Below are positions 1-13,330 of a DNA stretch of 64,000 nt, one piece after another. The DNA lies in the NCBI RefSeq assembly GCF_009914755.1, contig NC_060933.1; one strand, given 5' to 3'. Made by a program: the position numbers and the translations under genes. This DNA comes from the human T2T-CHM13v2.0 reference genome, Homo sapiens. The notes under the pieces were generated by a model. The model had not been told where the DNA came from. It saw only the letters and a list, made by a program, of their open reading frames with translations, and did no database searches. Position 1 is the first letter of the stretch; the number at the start of each line of letters is the position of its first letter.

Positions 1-425
1 CACAAATCAGAGCTCTGTAAAAACGCACCAATCAGCGCTTTGTAGCTAGCAAGAAGATTGTAAAACACACCAATCAGTGCCCTGTAAAATGCACCAATAA
101 GCAGGAGTCTAAAAGTAGCCAATCGCAGGGAGGATTGAAAAACGGGAACACTGACAGGACAGAAACGGAACATGGGCGGGGACTAATAAGGAAATAAAAG
201 CTGGCCACGCTAGCCCAGCAGCAGCAATCTGCTCTTGTCCCCTTCCACACTGTGGAAGCTTTGTTCTTTCATGTTCTTTCGCTCTTCACAATAAATCTTG
301 CTGCTGCTCACTCTTTGGGTCTGTGCCATCTTTAAGAGCTGTAACACTCACCACGAAGGTCTGCGGCATCATTCTTGAAGTCAGCAAGACCACGAACCCA
401 CCAGAAGGAACCAAGTCCAGACACA
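1..425 (+). mobile_element. LTR12-family (ERV9/ERV1) LTR, 3' part (LTR12F-like); 5' end lies outside the window
   Basis: Repeated 'ctgtaaaa..gcaccaatcag' CCAAT units, AATAAAAGCTGGCC, 'aataaatcttgctgctgctcactctttgggtc', 'gagctgtaacactcaccacgaaggtctgc' and terminal '...gacaca' all match the LTR12 consensus as I recall it. The subfamily call is less certain. Confidence 0.9.
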
Positions 426-494
426 GTAGAATATAATACAATGTGGCACTTTGAAAAGTGGAGCAAATAAGAAGAACATAGAGTTGTATCCTAA

Positions 495-655
495 AGCAGT
501 GCCTCTTAAACCATAATAGAAAACACCTGGGGATCTTGTTAAATAATGGCGATAATTCAAACAGTCTGGGGTCAGGCCTGAGCTTTTGCATTTCGAACAA
601 GCTCCCAGGAGATACCCATGCTGCTGTCCATAAACTATAATTTGAGTAATAAATG
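495..655. mobile_element. MER5-type hAT-Charlie DNA transposon relic
   Basis: 'cacctggggatcttgttaaa...gtctggggtcaggcctgag...tgcatt..aacaagctcccaggagat..ccatgctgctg' is the typical MER5A/B core. Confidence 0.75.
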
Positions 656-3600
656 TATACAGCACATGTAAGAGTGATTACTCACGAGGACATAAAGAAA
701 TAAAATATTGGAATGGACATTACTAGAAGCCTCAAATTCCTACAATTAAAAAGGTGGGAACTCAGTCATAAATATTTGGATGTTATTACAAGTATGACTT
801 CATTTCATATTAATAGACTGGTTAAACCTAGAAGAACAATATACAACATATAGAAGAGATTAGGGATTTTGAAGTCACCAGTGGCTTCAGATCTGTGTTC
901 TTGTTCTAAATATGTCTATATTTATTTAAGGCTATATCATGAATAGTCCTGTTTTAATATATATGACAGACTTCATATTAATACAAAGAGATTTTGAATT
1001 TTCTAAAAATTTTGGCAGACAACATTTTTTATCTTGATCCAGAGAAATGTTAATGAATGATTTTAAAATGAAGGGAAAATCTTGAAGCAAAATATGTTTT
1101 TCCATAAAAAAACTAAGCCTATTTGTAACCTTGAAAAAAATGTCTTTTTTTCTTATTGCATAGACAGAACACAGGAAATCTACAATTTCCAAAATATTTC
1201 CTCCAGCCCCAAATGGTGCTTTCTCTTTTCATACAAAGCTTTTCTCTCTCAATGCCATTACAGTTTTCTGCTTTGTCTTAAAAACATTTATTCAGCACAT
1301 AGCAACATTAAGTTATTAAAACGGGAAGTATTGAAATTTTTCCCTTTCTCGCTATAAGAATAACTAAACTCTTTGTGTTGTGCTTCCATCTTTTCTACTT
1401 ATTTTAAATCATTTATTTCAGTTGCTTTCCCCTTCCAAATAAGTTATAGCCTGTTATGTAGAATATGCCTAAACAAGCAGATTACATAATCTACTTTACT
1501 ATAATTACAGAGGACACTTTACTTCTAGTTTTGAGAAAACATTTGTTTTCTATGCATTTCCCTTAAATATAAATGAAGGAGAAATTATATTGCACATGTC
1601 TTCAGTAAAACTGAACTGTATAATGTTTTTGCAGTCCTTATTACTGACACTAGAAGTGCCCTTTTATATTTCAATTTTCATTTAACTAAATTCAAAAAGA
1701 TAAAGCACCTATGAAATTATGATCAATGATTAATACCAAATCAGTCTAAATGCAAGCAAGAAGCTTAATAAAGCAAAAATAAAGTGATGCTATTTATACC
1801 TGAGTTTTCAGTTAATTTATTTTCTTTGAACTGCTGATTGCCTTGAAAGGCAGATATAGAAATGCCTTCAATAAAATGCTACATTTCTCAAACAACCTGC
1901 TATGTTGTTGGAGTTTAATGGCTGACAGACTAATGAGAACGAATGGCTTACAACCTTCCAAGACTGACCCACTTAGTCATTCACACCATCCATCGAATGA
2001 GAGACTGCTTCAGAGGTACAAGGTCACACCCTTGCAACAATTATTCTGTCTAATGAGGTGTCACAAGAAATCTACTGGTTCAAAGGTGTGTGGTAAGGGC
2101 AGCTGGAGATAAAATATTTGGTGTCCTTGCACCGAAGTGTAGATACACATTTCTGAGCAGCTCTTTGTCACAATACCATATTAAATGAAAAATGCTACTT
2201 AGTTATGGAATCATTTGCACTTTAAAGAGATAGAAGTGATACAAATTTTACTTTCATGTTGTCAAGGATTTGTTGGGGTGGGGGAACTTCGGAGACATTT
2301 TCCCCCCAAAGCTCAATGACAGGTTGACTTAATTATTCAAATGATAACTATTTATAGGCGATAATTAGACCATATGTTAATCTCAGAGTTTAAAATAACC
2401 AATTTGCTTATATTGTTTCGTTCTTGTCTAACTCTGCAGAGGTACAATTTTCAGAGTGAAAATGAGGCTTAGGTCAAATCAAAGCATCCATTAACATATT
2501 ATTGTGTCTACAGAAATCCATAGGACTGTCTTAATTATCTAGGCAGCTGATGTAAAGAATTTTTTTAGTGTTAATTGCTAATTAAAGAAAATCAATGGTG
2601 AAAAGTAAATTAAAAATAAAAAGAGATGAACTATAAAAGATAATGAGGCAATTTACAACTAATTGAATAGCTTTACACAAATTTTCCCTCAAATAGCCAA
2701 TAATTACTTCCAAATAAGTTGGAAAAATCAGTGATAATTCAGTAAGCTTCTTGGCTCTAAATTTCTGCAAAGGGAAGCAAAGTAGGACCCTTTAAAACAT
2801 GTTTTCTTCTCGGTTGGTACACCAAATAGGCTAATCTTCCATAGACAAGTGGGTTCTTTTTGGCGGCTCATTTTGCTACACAGATACAGAGTCACACCTA
2901 TGATTTAAATATAATTTGCCTATATTATTTAATATTTCTGGGTACTTTTAATTTAATTGATTCACAATTATTATTATATATTTATAATAAAAAATTAGAA
3001 TTATGTACATATGTCAGTGATCTGCATTAGCTGTTTTCCAAAGCACATCTTAAAGTGGATTTTAAAATAATCTTTCTGTAAGCTCTAACACTTTACTAGT
3101 GGGGGGAAAGAAGCTAATATTCCATTATATATCAGAGTACTTTTTCCCTTATACATTTAAGATGTTTTAAAAATTAAGAACATAATATGATATCTTACAA
3201 TAAGATTGTCAAGTGTATATCAAAGACTGCGATCTAAAAGAGAAAGGATCAGATACTGTCATTGCCTCCACCCTTTAATCGTGTGATTTGTAGTGCATTT
3301 CTTTAAAAAATTATTAAAGCTATTTTCCTTTCAAATCGTTTTTCTTCTAATCCACCAGTTATATACACACAAATAGATACATGCGTTTATACCTACATTT
3401 GCTGTCTGATTTATTCCTACAAAAACACATTAAGTTAGATAATAGGATGTCTGTTTCACAGATGAGAAAATGGCAGTTTTCTGACTCTAGTAACTGTCTC
3501 ACGTTCAGTAATCCAGTAAGCACTGAAGCTGGAACGGAAATCAGAGTTTGACTACTTCTAAATCTCAGGTTCTTTAATAAGACAGAACTTACATTGAACA

Positions 3601-4391
3601 CACAAAAAGTAAAAGTTGTTAAAATTTCCCAAAGAATTTTATGTCTATAGTAACATATATGTTATACCCATATACACACACATATATGTTAGCTAACTTA
3701 CTCCCATTTACTGAGCCCCTGTCATACAGAGACACTAGATTAAGCCTTTATAGTCAAATAATTATGAAGGTATATTTTGTTCTAAAATAATGTTTTATGG
3801 TTATAAACAATAACTAATTGTAAAGGCAGTATAAATTAAAAGAAACAAAGAATAAGCACATATATTTAAATGTAGACTACTTATTATGGAATGGCATAAT
3901 TTAATGATTATATTAATTATTTTGTAATAAGCAGGGAATTAAATAAGTTAACCCATGCTTCCACATTGAGTGTAATGATAAACATCCCTAAGAGCTGGTA
4001 GAATGTGAAAAATTAGAACCTAGTAGTAAAGAATGGGAAGTTAAAGAGAAGAAATTTACTTTGTCAGGGATAATATGATTTATATATGTGAGAACTGGCT
4101 AAATTCTAAGGTACTAGCTTCATAGTTGTTAATAATATCTGCTTTTAATATTAGAATAGCATTTTGTTACACTGCATGAACATGAAAAACGTGCAATACA
4201 TGAGACATGACTGGTAGTAAAAACCAAGTCTTAGGTAGTATATGTAATTTTCCCAAGTTAATCAAATAAAACATAAATATTTATAGGTGTTTTTTAAAGG
4301 AGCTACTTCCAACAGCCTAAAAACATGTAACTATCTTTGTGTGATGGTTATTACAGGGTCCTATCTAGGTTATAGTCTTGGATTTATTTTC

Positions 4392-4450
4392 CATATATAT
4401 ATATATTTCACATATATATTTCACATATATATATTTCACATATATGTATG
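4392..4450. repeat. (TA)n-TTTCACA compound short tandem repeat, about 3 units
   Basis: Visible directly: catatatatatatatttca catatatatttca catatatatatttca cata. Confidence 0.85.
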
Positions 4451-5988
4451 ACCAAGGATTGCTGGAGGAAACAAATGCTTTATTACGAATAGTACAAAAG
4501 GTAAGTTAGGACATAAAAGGGTTCCAAAAACAATTTCTCTCCAAAATATGTTACTTGGTACCAAGACTGCCCCTTTTAATTGTTTATCATATGCAAATAC
4601 ACATGTTACTATCTTTATATCCTATAATAACTCAATATTTTATTTGATTTTATTTATCAAAAGGAACTTTATAACAAGCTATGCTTCGAATGAATATGCT
4701 TTGAGCACTGTCAGGGTTTCATTCTTCAAATAAATTTACTCACTTAATGTAATGATTCACCATTTGACTCCAAAAAGATAAACTGGCATTTTCTTAGCAT
4801 TGGAATATCAAATTAGTAGAAATCAAAAAATGCAGTTGGGCTTCATTTAATATCCACTTTAAAATAATGCATGACTTGAAACTTTGTTAAGGAGTTAAAA
4901 CAGCTCATTTAGATTGGAAAATATTTTTAATTAACGCATTCTGCACTTCAACAGCAGGTTCTATAATGTAAATGCAGTGGTAAGCAAAGATTTCATTAAC
5001 TTCCACCAGAAGTCCCAGATTTAGGAATATCGGCTGTAATTAGAAAAATTAAAGCTACACTTCAGAATTAATTGAAATTATTAAAGTATTTACTGTTGCA
5101 TTATTTACACCTAGAATGTCAGCAAGAAGCATAAACTTTCTAGTGAATAATTCTATAGTTTATATTAAGAACATAACAGGACTTCCATTGAACATTGAGT
5201 CTTTCCAGGTGGGCCTTCTATAAGCTTTCATCGCATTTTGATTATCTGGACAATTACATAAAAACTCTTTGCTGGGAAAGCATGACGGCTAATGCATTCT
5301 TGATGGATGGGTGTGACGTAATATATAGGCATTTGCTGCCCTCATGAAATCTACCAGCAGGACTCACTGGAAACTGAGATATTCTTATTGGACAATTGCA
5401 CTGTGTATGGAGTGACAAGAAAGCCACAGATTGAGGTCCAGTTTTCTAAATGTAGAAGATAAAACATGAAGAGATGTGAATTATAACTGTAGAGTATCAG
5501 TGTTGTTTTTGTTATTATTTGATTTTCCTTAGATATTACTCCGAACTTGAACATATTATATTCAGTTTTACATAAGTATTATACATTTTGAATTTGCTAG
5601 CTCGAAGTAAACATTTCTTCAGAAAGTAAAATTAGCCTAATATTAAAATTTTAAGTAAATAAAACTCTGCTCATGATTTCTGCTTGGAACTCACCAATAC
5701 AGCAAATGCAGATACAGCAGCATGGAAGGGACATAATGGTAAAGATATCATAGCAACATTTTAGAAACCTTCTATAAAATGTTATATGTTTAGGTTATTC
5801 TGTGCAGAAAATAAAATTATCCAAAAAGCCAGTCACATTCCTTATTGCACAGAAAGCTGGACTGGACGTTGTCACCTGGATTCTAATTTCACCTTTACTT
5901 CTGAGAAATTTGCCATAAGAATTTGGCATTCAACATTATGGAGCCTCTTCTTCCTCATTAGTGAATTAAATGTTTTGAACCATTTTTA

Positions 5989-5992
<4 letters not shown>

Positions 5993-6037
<45 letters not shown>

Positions 6038-6061
6038 GTGTGTGTGTGTGTGTGTGTGTGT
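5993..6061. repeat. Interrupted (TG)n microsatellite
   Basis: Long TG run with 'gg' interruptions. Confidence 0.95.
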
Positions 6062-6254
6062 AGATGGATAGACAGAGAGGTAAATAGGTAGAAAATCCAA
6101 ACTAGAGTAGATAACAAAATATCTGAATCACCTATTACAGATTCAGAGAGTAAAGGAGACTAGTAGATGATATAAAGAAAGGAAGAGAAAGAATGTATGA
6201 CACTACCAATTTTTGATATGATGAGGAGTAAATAGGTAAAACAGAGAATACAAA

Positions 6255-6723
6255 CTCCAGTATCTATTTTTCTGTTCCTCTTACTAATAACAGCCACTCT
6301 CAAATTTTAGCTAGGTACACAACTAAACAGCTATGGGACTACATTTCCCAGCTTCACGTGCAACTGGGTATGACCACTTATCTAGGTTCAATGGCACTGA
6401 CATGGAAATTGCTTTGTGCGGCGAAATTGGACCTATTTTCCTTGATTTCAATTTAGTCCATGATCCAAATCTGACCCTGTAGATGAGGACCATTCCCTAG
6501 GTGATGATCGAGCAATGTGATGGCAGAAACCTGTATCTACGAATGACCATGAAAAAAACCATGTCATCCCATCAGCCTGAACTACTCACCTTACGACTGT
6601 TAAATGATTATAATTGAGTTATTATCTGAGTATGATGATTATAATGACCAATAATTCCACTTTGTTTCCTATACTTGTTTGGGAAGTCTTATGGTTACAG
6701 TAGCTTAGTCTTTAACTTATACA
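6255..6723 (+). mobile_element. Ancient ERVL/MaLR solo LTR (MLT1I/J-like)
   Basis: Contains 'gactacatttcccagc...tgcaactgggtatgacca' and a 3' end resembling '...gttacagtagcttagtc..taacttataca'. Highly diverged, so the subfamily is uncertain. Confidence 0.6.
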
Positions 6724-9700
6724 ACAATGAATGCTGAATATTTAAATTATAATATGCACTTTTCTACTGCAGTGTAGCATATGGGTTAACAAATACTATA
6801 AATGTATTTGATTTGACATTAATCAGGAATTCTGACATATGACCCCAAAACTTGGGGACAGGGTGGTTAAGAATTCTTAGACTGGCTATTCTATGGGCAT
6901 AAATAAACAAATAGGCAAAGAACCACTGTTTGCCAGGACAAATATTGCAACATTTTCTTCAAAGTTTGGTCATGAAAATTTCCAAACTATTCTTCTATTC
7001 ATTTGGTTGTTAAGTTACTTAATCAGAAAACTCAATTTTAAGATTTTACACATATTGAAATGATTCAAGATTGCTCTATTTTAAAAAATAGCCTATTTTT
7101 CTCCTTCACTTCTCGAAGTTTTCATCAATAACAGAAGAGCTTGATTATTTCCCCTTCTAATCAGAGGCTTTTACGCTTCCCAGTTATTTCAATCTCCCCA
7201 ACAGATCAGCATCAATAATCATCATGCTTAATCACTGACTCAAAGAAGCAGTCTCCCAATATTATGGGTTCTTTAGATGATAGGAATATTTTACTATTGA
7301 TAATATTGACATTTTCATAATTGCCACATTATTTTTGGCTTGTGACCTAAAGAAAGTGTTCATGTAATATATTTAAAGGTCATTTAAAATACAGAGATGG
7401 AGGTTGTAATTGTATTACTTACTTTATTTTACCACATAGTATTCAAAATCTGGATTACGTTTCCTAAGACATATCAAAATTGATCAACTTAAAATGATTT
7501 GTTTAAACCATTATATAAATCAATTTTCTTTAAAGATCTTTTTTAATTGGTAATTCCATAGAAACTTGGTCATATGTTATATAAATATTAAAAAAAGTTT
7601 TCTGGAATTTCTTATTATCAAAGCTACACTTTAAAAAATCATATCATATACACTCTCCCTTTTTAATCTGTATCCTTCTTTTCAATGTAGATTTTATGTT
7701 GTACAATGCGTGCCACAAGCCCAGAAAGTACACCCAATTTCTTAAGATTGATGAGAGTAACTCTATACATGCCATACTCAACAGATGTTAGAGCAACATC
7801 TCCAGCAACAAAGACCTGGAGCTCAGCCAATCTGTGAGCAACAAAGTACATGTCTACAGAGGCCAGGCTAAGTAAGAAACTCACACAGCTCCAGGATGGT
7901 GAGCCAAAGGTAGCTAACCACTTCAGAGTTGGCAGGGGAGACACAACATAAAATTTAGCTAGAGGTCATTACTTTGTATGGCAGACACTGGCTGCTGCTG
8001 GGAAACAACAGAAAACTGATCAATTTGTTGTGCAGAATAATATAGTAGGTGGTTCATCATGAGCAAATCCACAAAAACAGAGGTCCCTCAAAAGTTGGAT
8101 TTCATGGTATATATGTTATTAACTAGAAAGAAGTCTCATACAGAGTACTATATATGATACTCTGAAATCAGATTCAAAATTAGTGCTTGAAGAGAAAATG
8201 CATATAATATTACAAAATATGAGACAGCCTCTCCAACAGAGAAAAGGCAATTATAAATCTTCATTATCACATCATTTTCATCATAAGCTAACTAAATTAT
8301 TCAATTTAAACTTCAAGGTGTTTTTAGCTTTATTATAAAATTCTACAGGGGAAAATAGCAAGAAATAAAGATGAAAAGGTAGTTTGCAATTTAGGTAATG
8401 AAGATTCCTTGATGTCACACCAAGATTTTTTCTTAACATTACCCTACATTAAATTAAAAATAATAATATTTTAATCATGATCATATTTGCATTTTAAAAT
8501 TCCCATTGGTGGCAGAAAAAACGAATAGAGTAAGTAAGGTAGAGTCAGGGAGACAGTAGGTAGCCATCCAAGTAATATTTGGTAAGGCCTTGAAGTAAAG
8601 TTATGGCCAAAGGGAAGAATTTGATTTAAAAAAAAAATGTTGGCCTGATAGGACTTGATCACTAATAGGTATCATTTTTATGGTAGGCCCCTACTGTGCT
8701 AAATGTGGAGGCTACCATAAATTTGATGAGACAACCTACATTTCTAAAGTAATATACTGTCTTACAGTTGCAAATTTTGCTTATTTTAGCTAAATAACTG
8801 GACTTACTACATCTGTTTGTCTGTGGAGACCTAATCCAATATATCTTGTACTATATATACTGTATTTTCAAATTATATTGCATATAATGACTATATTAAA
8901 TATCTAGAATAGTGACTACAAAACAAAAACTTTGGACCTGAATTTTATATCTTCTTTCTTTGTAAAAATAAAGGAAATAAAATTATATTATTGCTGATGT
9001 GTTAAATATTTGAGGACTTCTTTGTGTTGCTTTTTTAACCACTGCTCCTTCTCCAAGCTTTTCAGCGACAGAAGGCAAAAACTCTAGCTCATAACAAACA
9101 GTTTAAGAGTTTAGCAGTTCCATGAAGGTCTCCAGTGGAAAAGTTTACATCATCAAAAACTGCTCACGTTGGCATATTTTCTACTCCTTAATTCTCATTT
9201 ACAACTGAAAATTCATTGAATTTTCTTAACAAGTAATCAGAAGACCTTAGGGAAGAAAGGAGCTGTCTCATAGGGGAAAAGATAATCCAATTATCCTGTT
9301 CACTAAGTGTTTACATATCTTTCACACCTGAAAGGAAGAGATTTGGTGCTCATGAAATAAATGTCACAAAACAACTCAACTTTAACTTTCTATTTTATAT
9401 ATTTTAACTTCCGATTTTTGTATGTATTTTATGCATCCCTCCTAATGTAGGGAAACGCAATTTTGTATATGTGCTTTGCCATCTTGTGGTATTAATTAAA
9501 ATTTTAACCTGACAAATGTATACCTGAGACATAAGAAGTGTCGATCCAATTCGCTGTGAAAGAGCAAAGGTAATATTTTTCATTCAATTTTTAAAATTCA
9601 CATAACATTTCTGATAATTTCATATAACAAAGACGTTTCTCTTGTCCTTTCAAAATTAGGGCACCAGGTTTCAATCAATACACAGGCAGCATTTCTCATA

Positions 9701-10864
9701 TATTAGAAGCCCAATAAATGTTTACTGAGGATTATTTTATTCAACTTTTTAAAAAAATTTGATGAATATGGAGATAACAGTTTCACTTTCATCTCCAGGT
9801 AATCTGAAGATTAAACCATGAGTTATGTTGTAACTCTGTGTCAGGTGAGCAGCCATGCTAGATATAAGAACAGTGATCAACGTATGAGAAAGACAAATAA
9901 GAAAATAAAAGTAATTTACGGTTATAATCAAGTAAAATTTCAACAAATTTAATACAATGTGACGCAGTGGTGTAAATAAGAGACAGAATAGATGGCAATG
10001 AGGCATAGGTAATACATAGTTCACCACAAATAATTGTAATTAAAATGACTCTTAGAAGGCCAATTTTTGGTTTTCTGCTTCCTACTCATTTCTTTGCTGA
10101 TTATAATCAGTATCCTTACATTTTATCTTGCATCAGTTAATCACAACAGTCTCATTTCATTATTATGTGGGGCATGCATTAAAATACTCTGAATTATAGT
10201 AACTGGCAGATGGGACCCTGTTGATCCTAAATGTCACTCCACTCCACCATGAGCTTATCTTCCCTACCTCCACGTTGCTATTCCACCATGCCTCTCATAT
10301 GAGGTGAACTAACTCAAAACTCTTGGTTGGTTCAAAAATTGTGGCTTTTGGTCATGGATTATCAAGTACAACAAGGTGTTTAAGGAGCTGATATACCATA
10401 AAATCTGACGCCAAGAGGCTGTAGAGGTTAGAGTGGTAGGAACTGAATGAATTAATCTTCCCAGGAAAAGGGACCCGAGCTTGAAGGGCCACCCCAGGGA
10501 AAGGCAGAGAGCACAGCAGGTTCTCTTTCTGACAGATTGGAAATCCCAAAGGAAGAAAAAAATACACTCAGAAGCATTTGTGCCACGCTTAACTCTCAAC
10601 TTTGGGAGGAGATACACTGGAGTTAGTTTTCCTTGATATGATTTGCCCTCTGCTTCTTTGTTCCCCTGGGCAGCACTTTTACAGTATCTGTCCTCCTGCA
10701 TTCACATTTGTGATCATTTACTTATGATAACTTGTGCTCACTTCATTTGAAAGAATTTGTCTTATAAAAGCAGATCCACAATCTCACACTTTTTCTGCTT
10801 TTCATGTACAGAATCTAGATAACTGTAGCATTTACCTTCCGTACTAATATGCACATCTGGGAAA

Positions 10865-11049
10865 ATACGTTATTAACTTTAGGCAACTTAACCTCTATGT
10901 GCTTTACTTTTCTCATTTATAAATCAAAGATAATGATTGTACCAACTTCACAGGAATGATATGGGTATAAATAAGTTAATGCATGGAAAGCACTTAAAAT
11001 AGTGACTGGCAGATATGAAGCAGTCAATAAGTGTTGGCTATTATTATTA
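10865..11049 (+). mobile_element. MIR SINE
   Basis: 'ggcaacttaacctctatgtgc...ctcatttataaa...gataat...aaagcacttaaaatagtgactggca...caataagtgttggctattatt' matches the MIR core and 3' end. Confidence 0.85.
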
Positions 11050-13258
11050 CCTTCTATCTGAAGATTTCTCAAGAACTCATGAGGCAGTATATAAGAGATA
11101 AAATTCAAGAAACCAAGAAGAATAAAAAGATCATAGTGACCTTGAAACCATCTCTGATTTAGAAACAAAAAAGTGTAATTACATACTTCTTTTAATCCCA
11201 CTACAAGAAGTGATAAACTACATATGAGCTGCAGATTATTATATGGATGAGAAGGATGAATGAGTTGTAAGAGAAATGCACAATACAGACAATAGTATAA
11301 TCTATTTAATAATGTTAATAACACACCCTTTAATTGTTCATAAGGCCAACATAGTCATTCCTGTGTGTCACCATAGCTCCCTATGAAGTTAAAAAACATA
11401 GGCAGAAGAGGGGAACTTGGCAATAGAAACAGAAATAGGAAGAGAACTGATGAGTAATGGAGGAAAAAAAAGCCTGCCATGGTGAGGACCATATAATATC
11501 TTCTGACCTAGCTTCTTCATCTCTGTATTCAGCAGCATTTGATTCACACCAAAGCATTCTTGAATATGGCCTGAAATTCCTTTCTCTTAAAATAGCTATC
11601 TATATCTGTATCTATAATACCATCAGAATATCTCTCAGAATGCACTGATGTAATACTTCAAAAAGCCAGTATGAATGTGTCTTAGTGAATGTGTAATTTG
11701 TTTTATTAAATCCTGGCATGTTTTCCAAGTGGGAGAGGTGTATGGGAAAATAGGAAGACTTCAAGCCCCTAAAAAAAATAAAAATAAAAAGGAAGGAATA
11801 TCCTCCTGAGGGGCAGGAAAATGGGAGAATAAAGCACTAGACTTAATCCCTGAGACAATTATACTGCAAGAAAGCCTTGTTGCTTGCAACCACACAGGTA
11901 TAAATGATGAGGCTAAGCTATTCTTTCAGAGCTAACCACATATGTTTCCTAGGAGAAAACAAATGGCTAGCACATATGACACACAATAAATACATCTATT
12001 CAGAGGAGTTGCCACTGGAATTCTTACACACTAAAATTATAAGCCATGGTCCATTGAAACAGGTACCATAGATAAGTGTTAATTGAGAACTAATTGAATG
12101 TATTATATAATAAAATAGGAAATTACAAATGGGAAATATTTTTTCTATACTTGTGATGCACATAATTTAGCTTTAAAATTTACAGGTATAAAAGTTTTTT
12201 GAAGGTGAAACAATATATCATCTTGGCACTGTTTTTCAAAAGTTCCTGCTGAGTAGTACTTTGATAAAGGTTTTCAGGGGGAATAAAAAAGGAAACTCTT
12301 CAAACTTAAGTCATAGATGTTTCCATGATTTTTTTTAAGAGAAATCAAGACGTGAACTTAGGGTAACTTATTAACTTCAGCAGTATCTAACAATCCCACT
12401 ACATTTCTAAACATTTAAATTGCACTTTTGCCTTCCTCTTTGGTTATTTGATCCAAAGTACACATTATAAGTCCTCTTATAAGAATATCTCACCTCAAAA
12501 GGTACAGGAAGAATTTCCTCATTTTTCTCTGTCTATTCTCTTTCCTGAGAAAACCAAAGCACTTCTGCTATTATGCTTTGGTTATAGCTGAAAATAACAT
12601 GAGTCTTGACTGTAACTGCTATTGTATTCTATGAATTTGGAAATATAAGGGACTGGTGCATAGACTGTAAACTGCTGCAGTGGTCTGGCGATTTATTTGT
12701 GTTTTTATATTGTGTCAATATTAGGATAGTACGGCGTATTTTTATCATGCTTTACTGCCTTTCTAGAACTTTGGAGAGTTGAACACACATAAGGAATTAG
12801 CACTGGAGTGAGAACATGATGAAGGGTGCCAAGAAATTCCAGTGGAAAACAGCATAGACTGCAACTGCCTAATAAGCAACACAGCTTCCACCCAGGTTCT
12901 AAAAGCAATAGCTGTGACTCAGGATGACAGCAAAGGAGAAGGACAATAAGGTAAGTGTAGATACGTATCTGGAAATTTTTCTGTGATATAAAGGGAGAAA
13001 TGCCTTAGGGAAGAGATTCCTTTTTCTCTATGGAATCAAAAATTTTATGATAACGTGGATACATTTTATAAGACCATAAGATGGTCACAATTGGGTAGTT
13101 TCAAATTGCTAGCACATGGCTGTTTTACTCAGCACTCCTTGACACATAGGAGACTCAATACATATTTGGGACTAGATAATATTATATGATTTATGCTGCC
13201 GTATTATGCATATTGCATAATCCTGACTAGTGATTCTGACTTGACAACATTTACAAGC

Positions 13259-13330
13259 TTGAAAATAGAAGAGGGTGCAACCTCTGCAAGTAGTTTGAAA
13301 ATAGAAGAGGGTGCAACTTCTAAGAGTAGT
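13259..13330. repeat. Tandem duplication, 2 x 36 bp
   Basis: ttgaaaatagaagagggtgcaacctctgcaagtagt / ttgaaaatagaagagggtgcaacttctaagagtagt. Confidence 0.95.

Noticed and set aside
10309-11324. 130-aa and 135-aa minus-strand ORFs in the intron
   Set aside because: No recognisable domain or convincing exon boundaries; the second overlaps a MIR.
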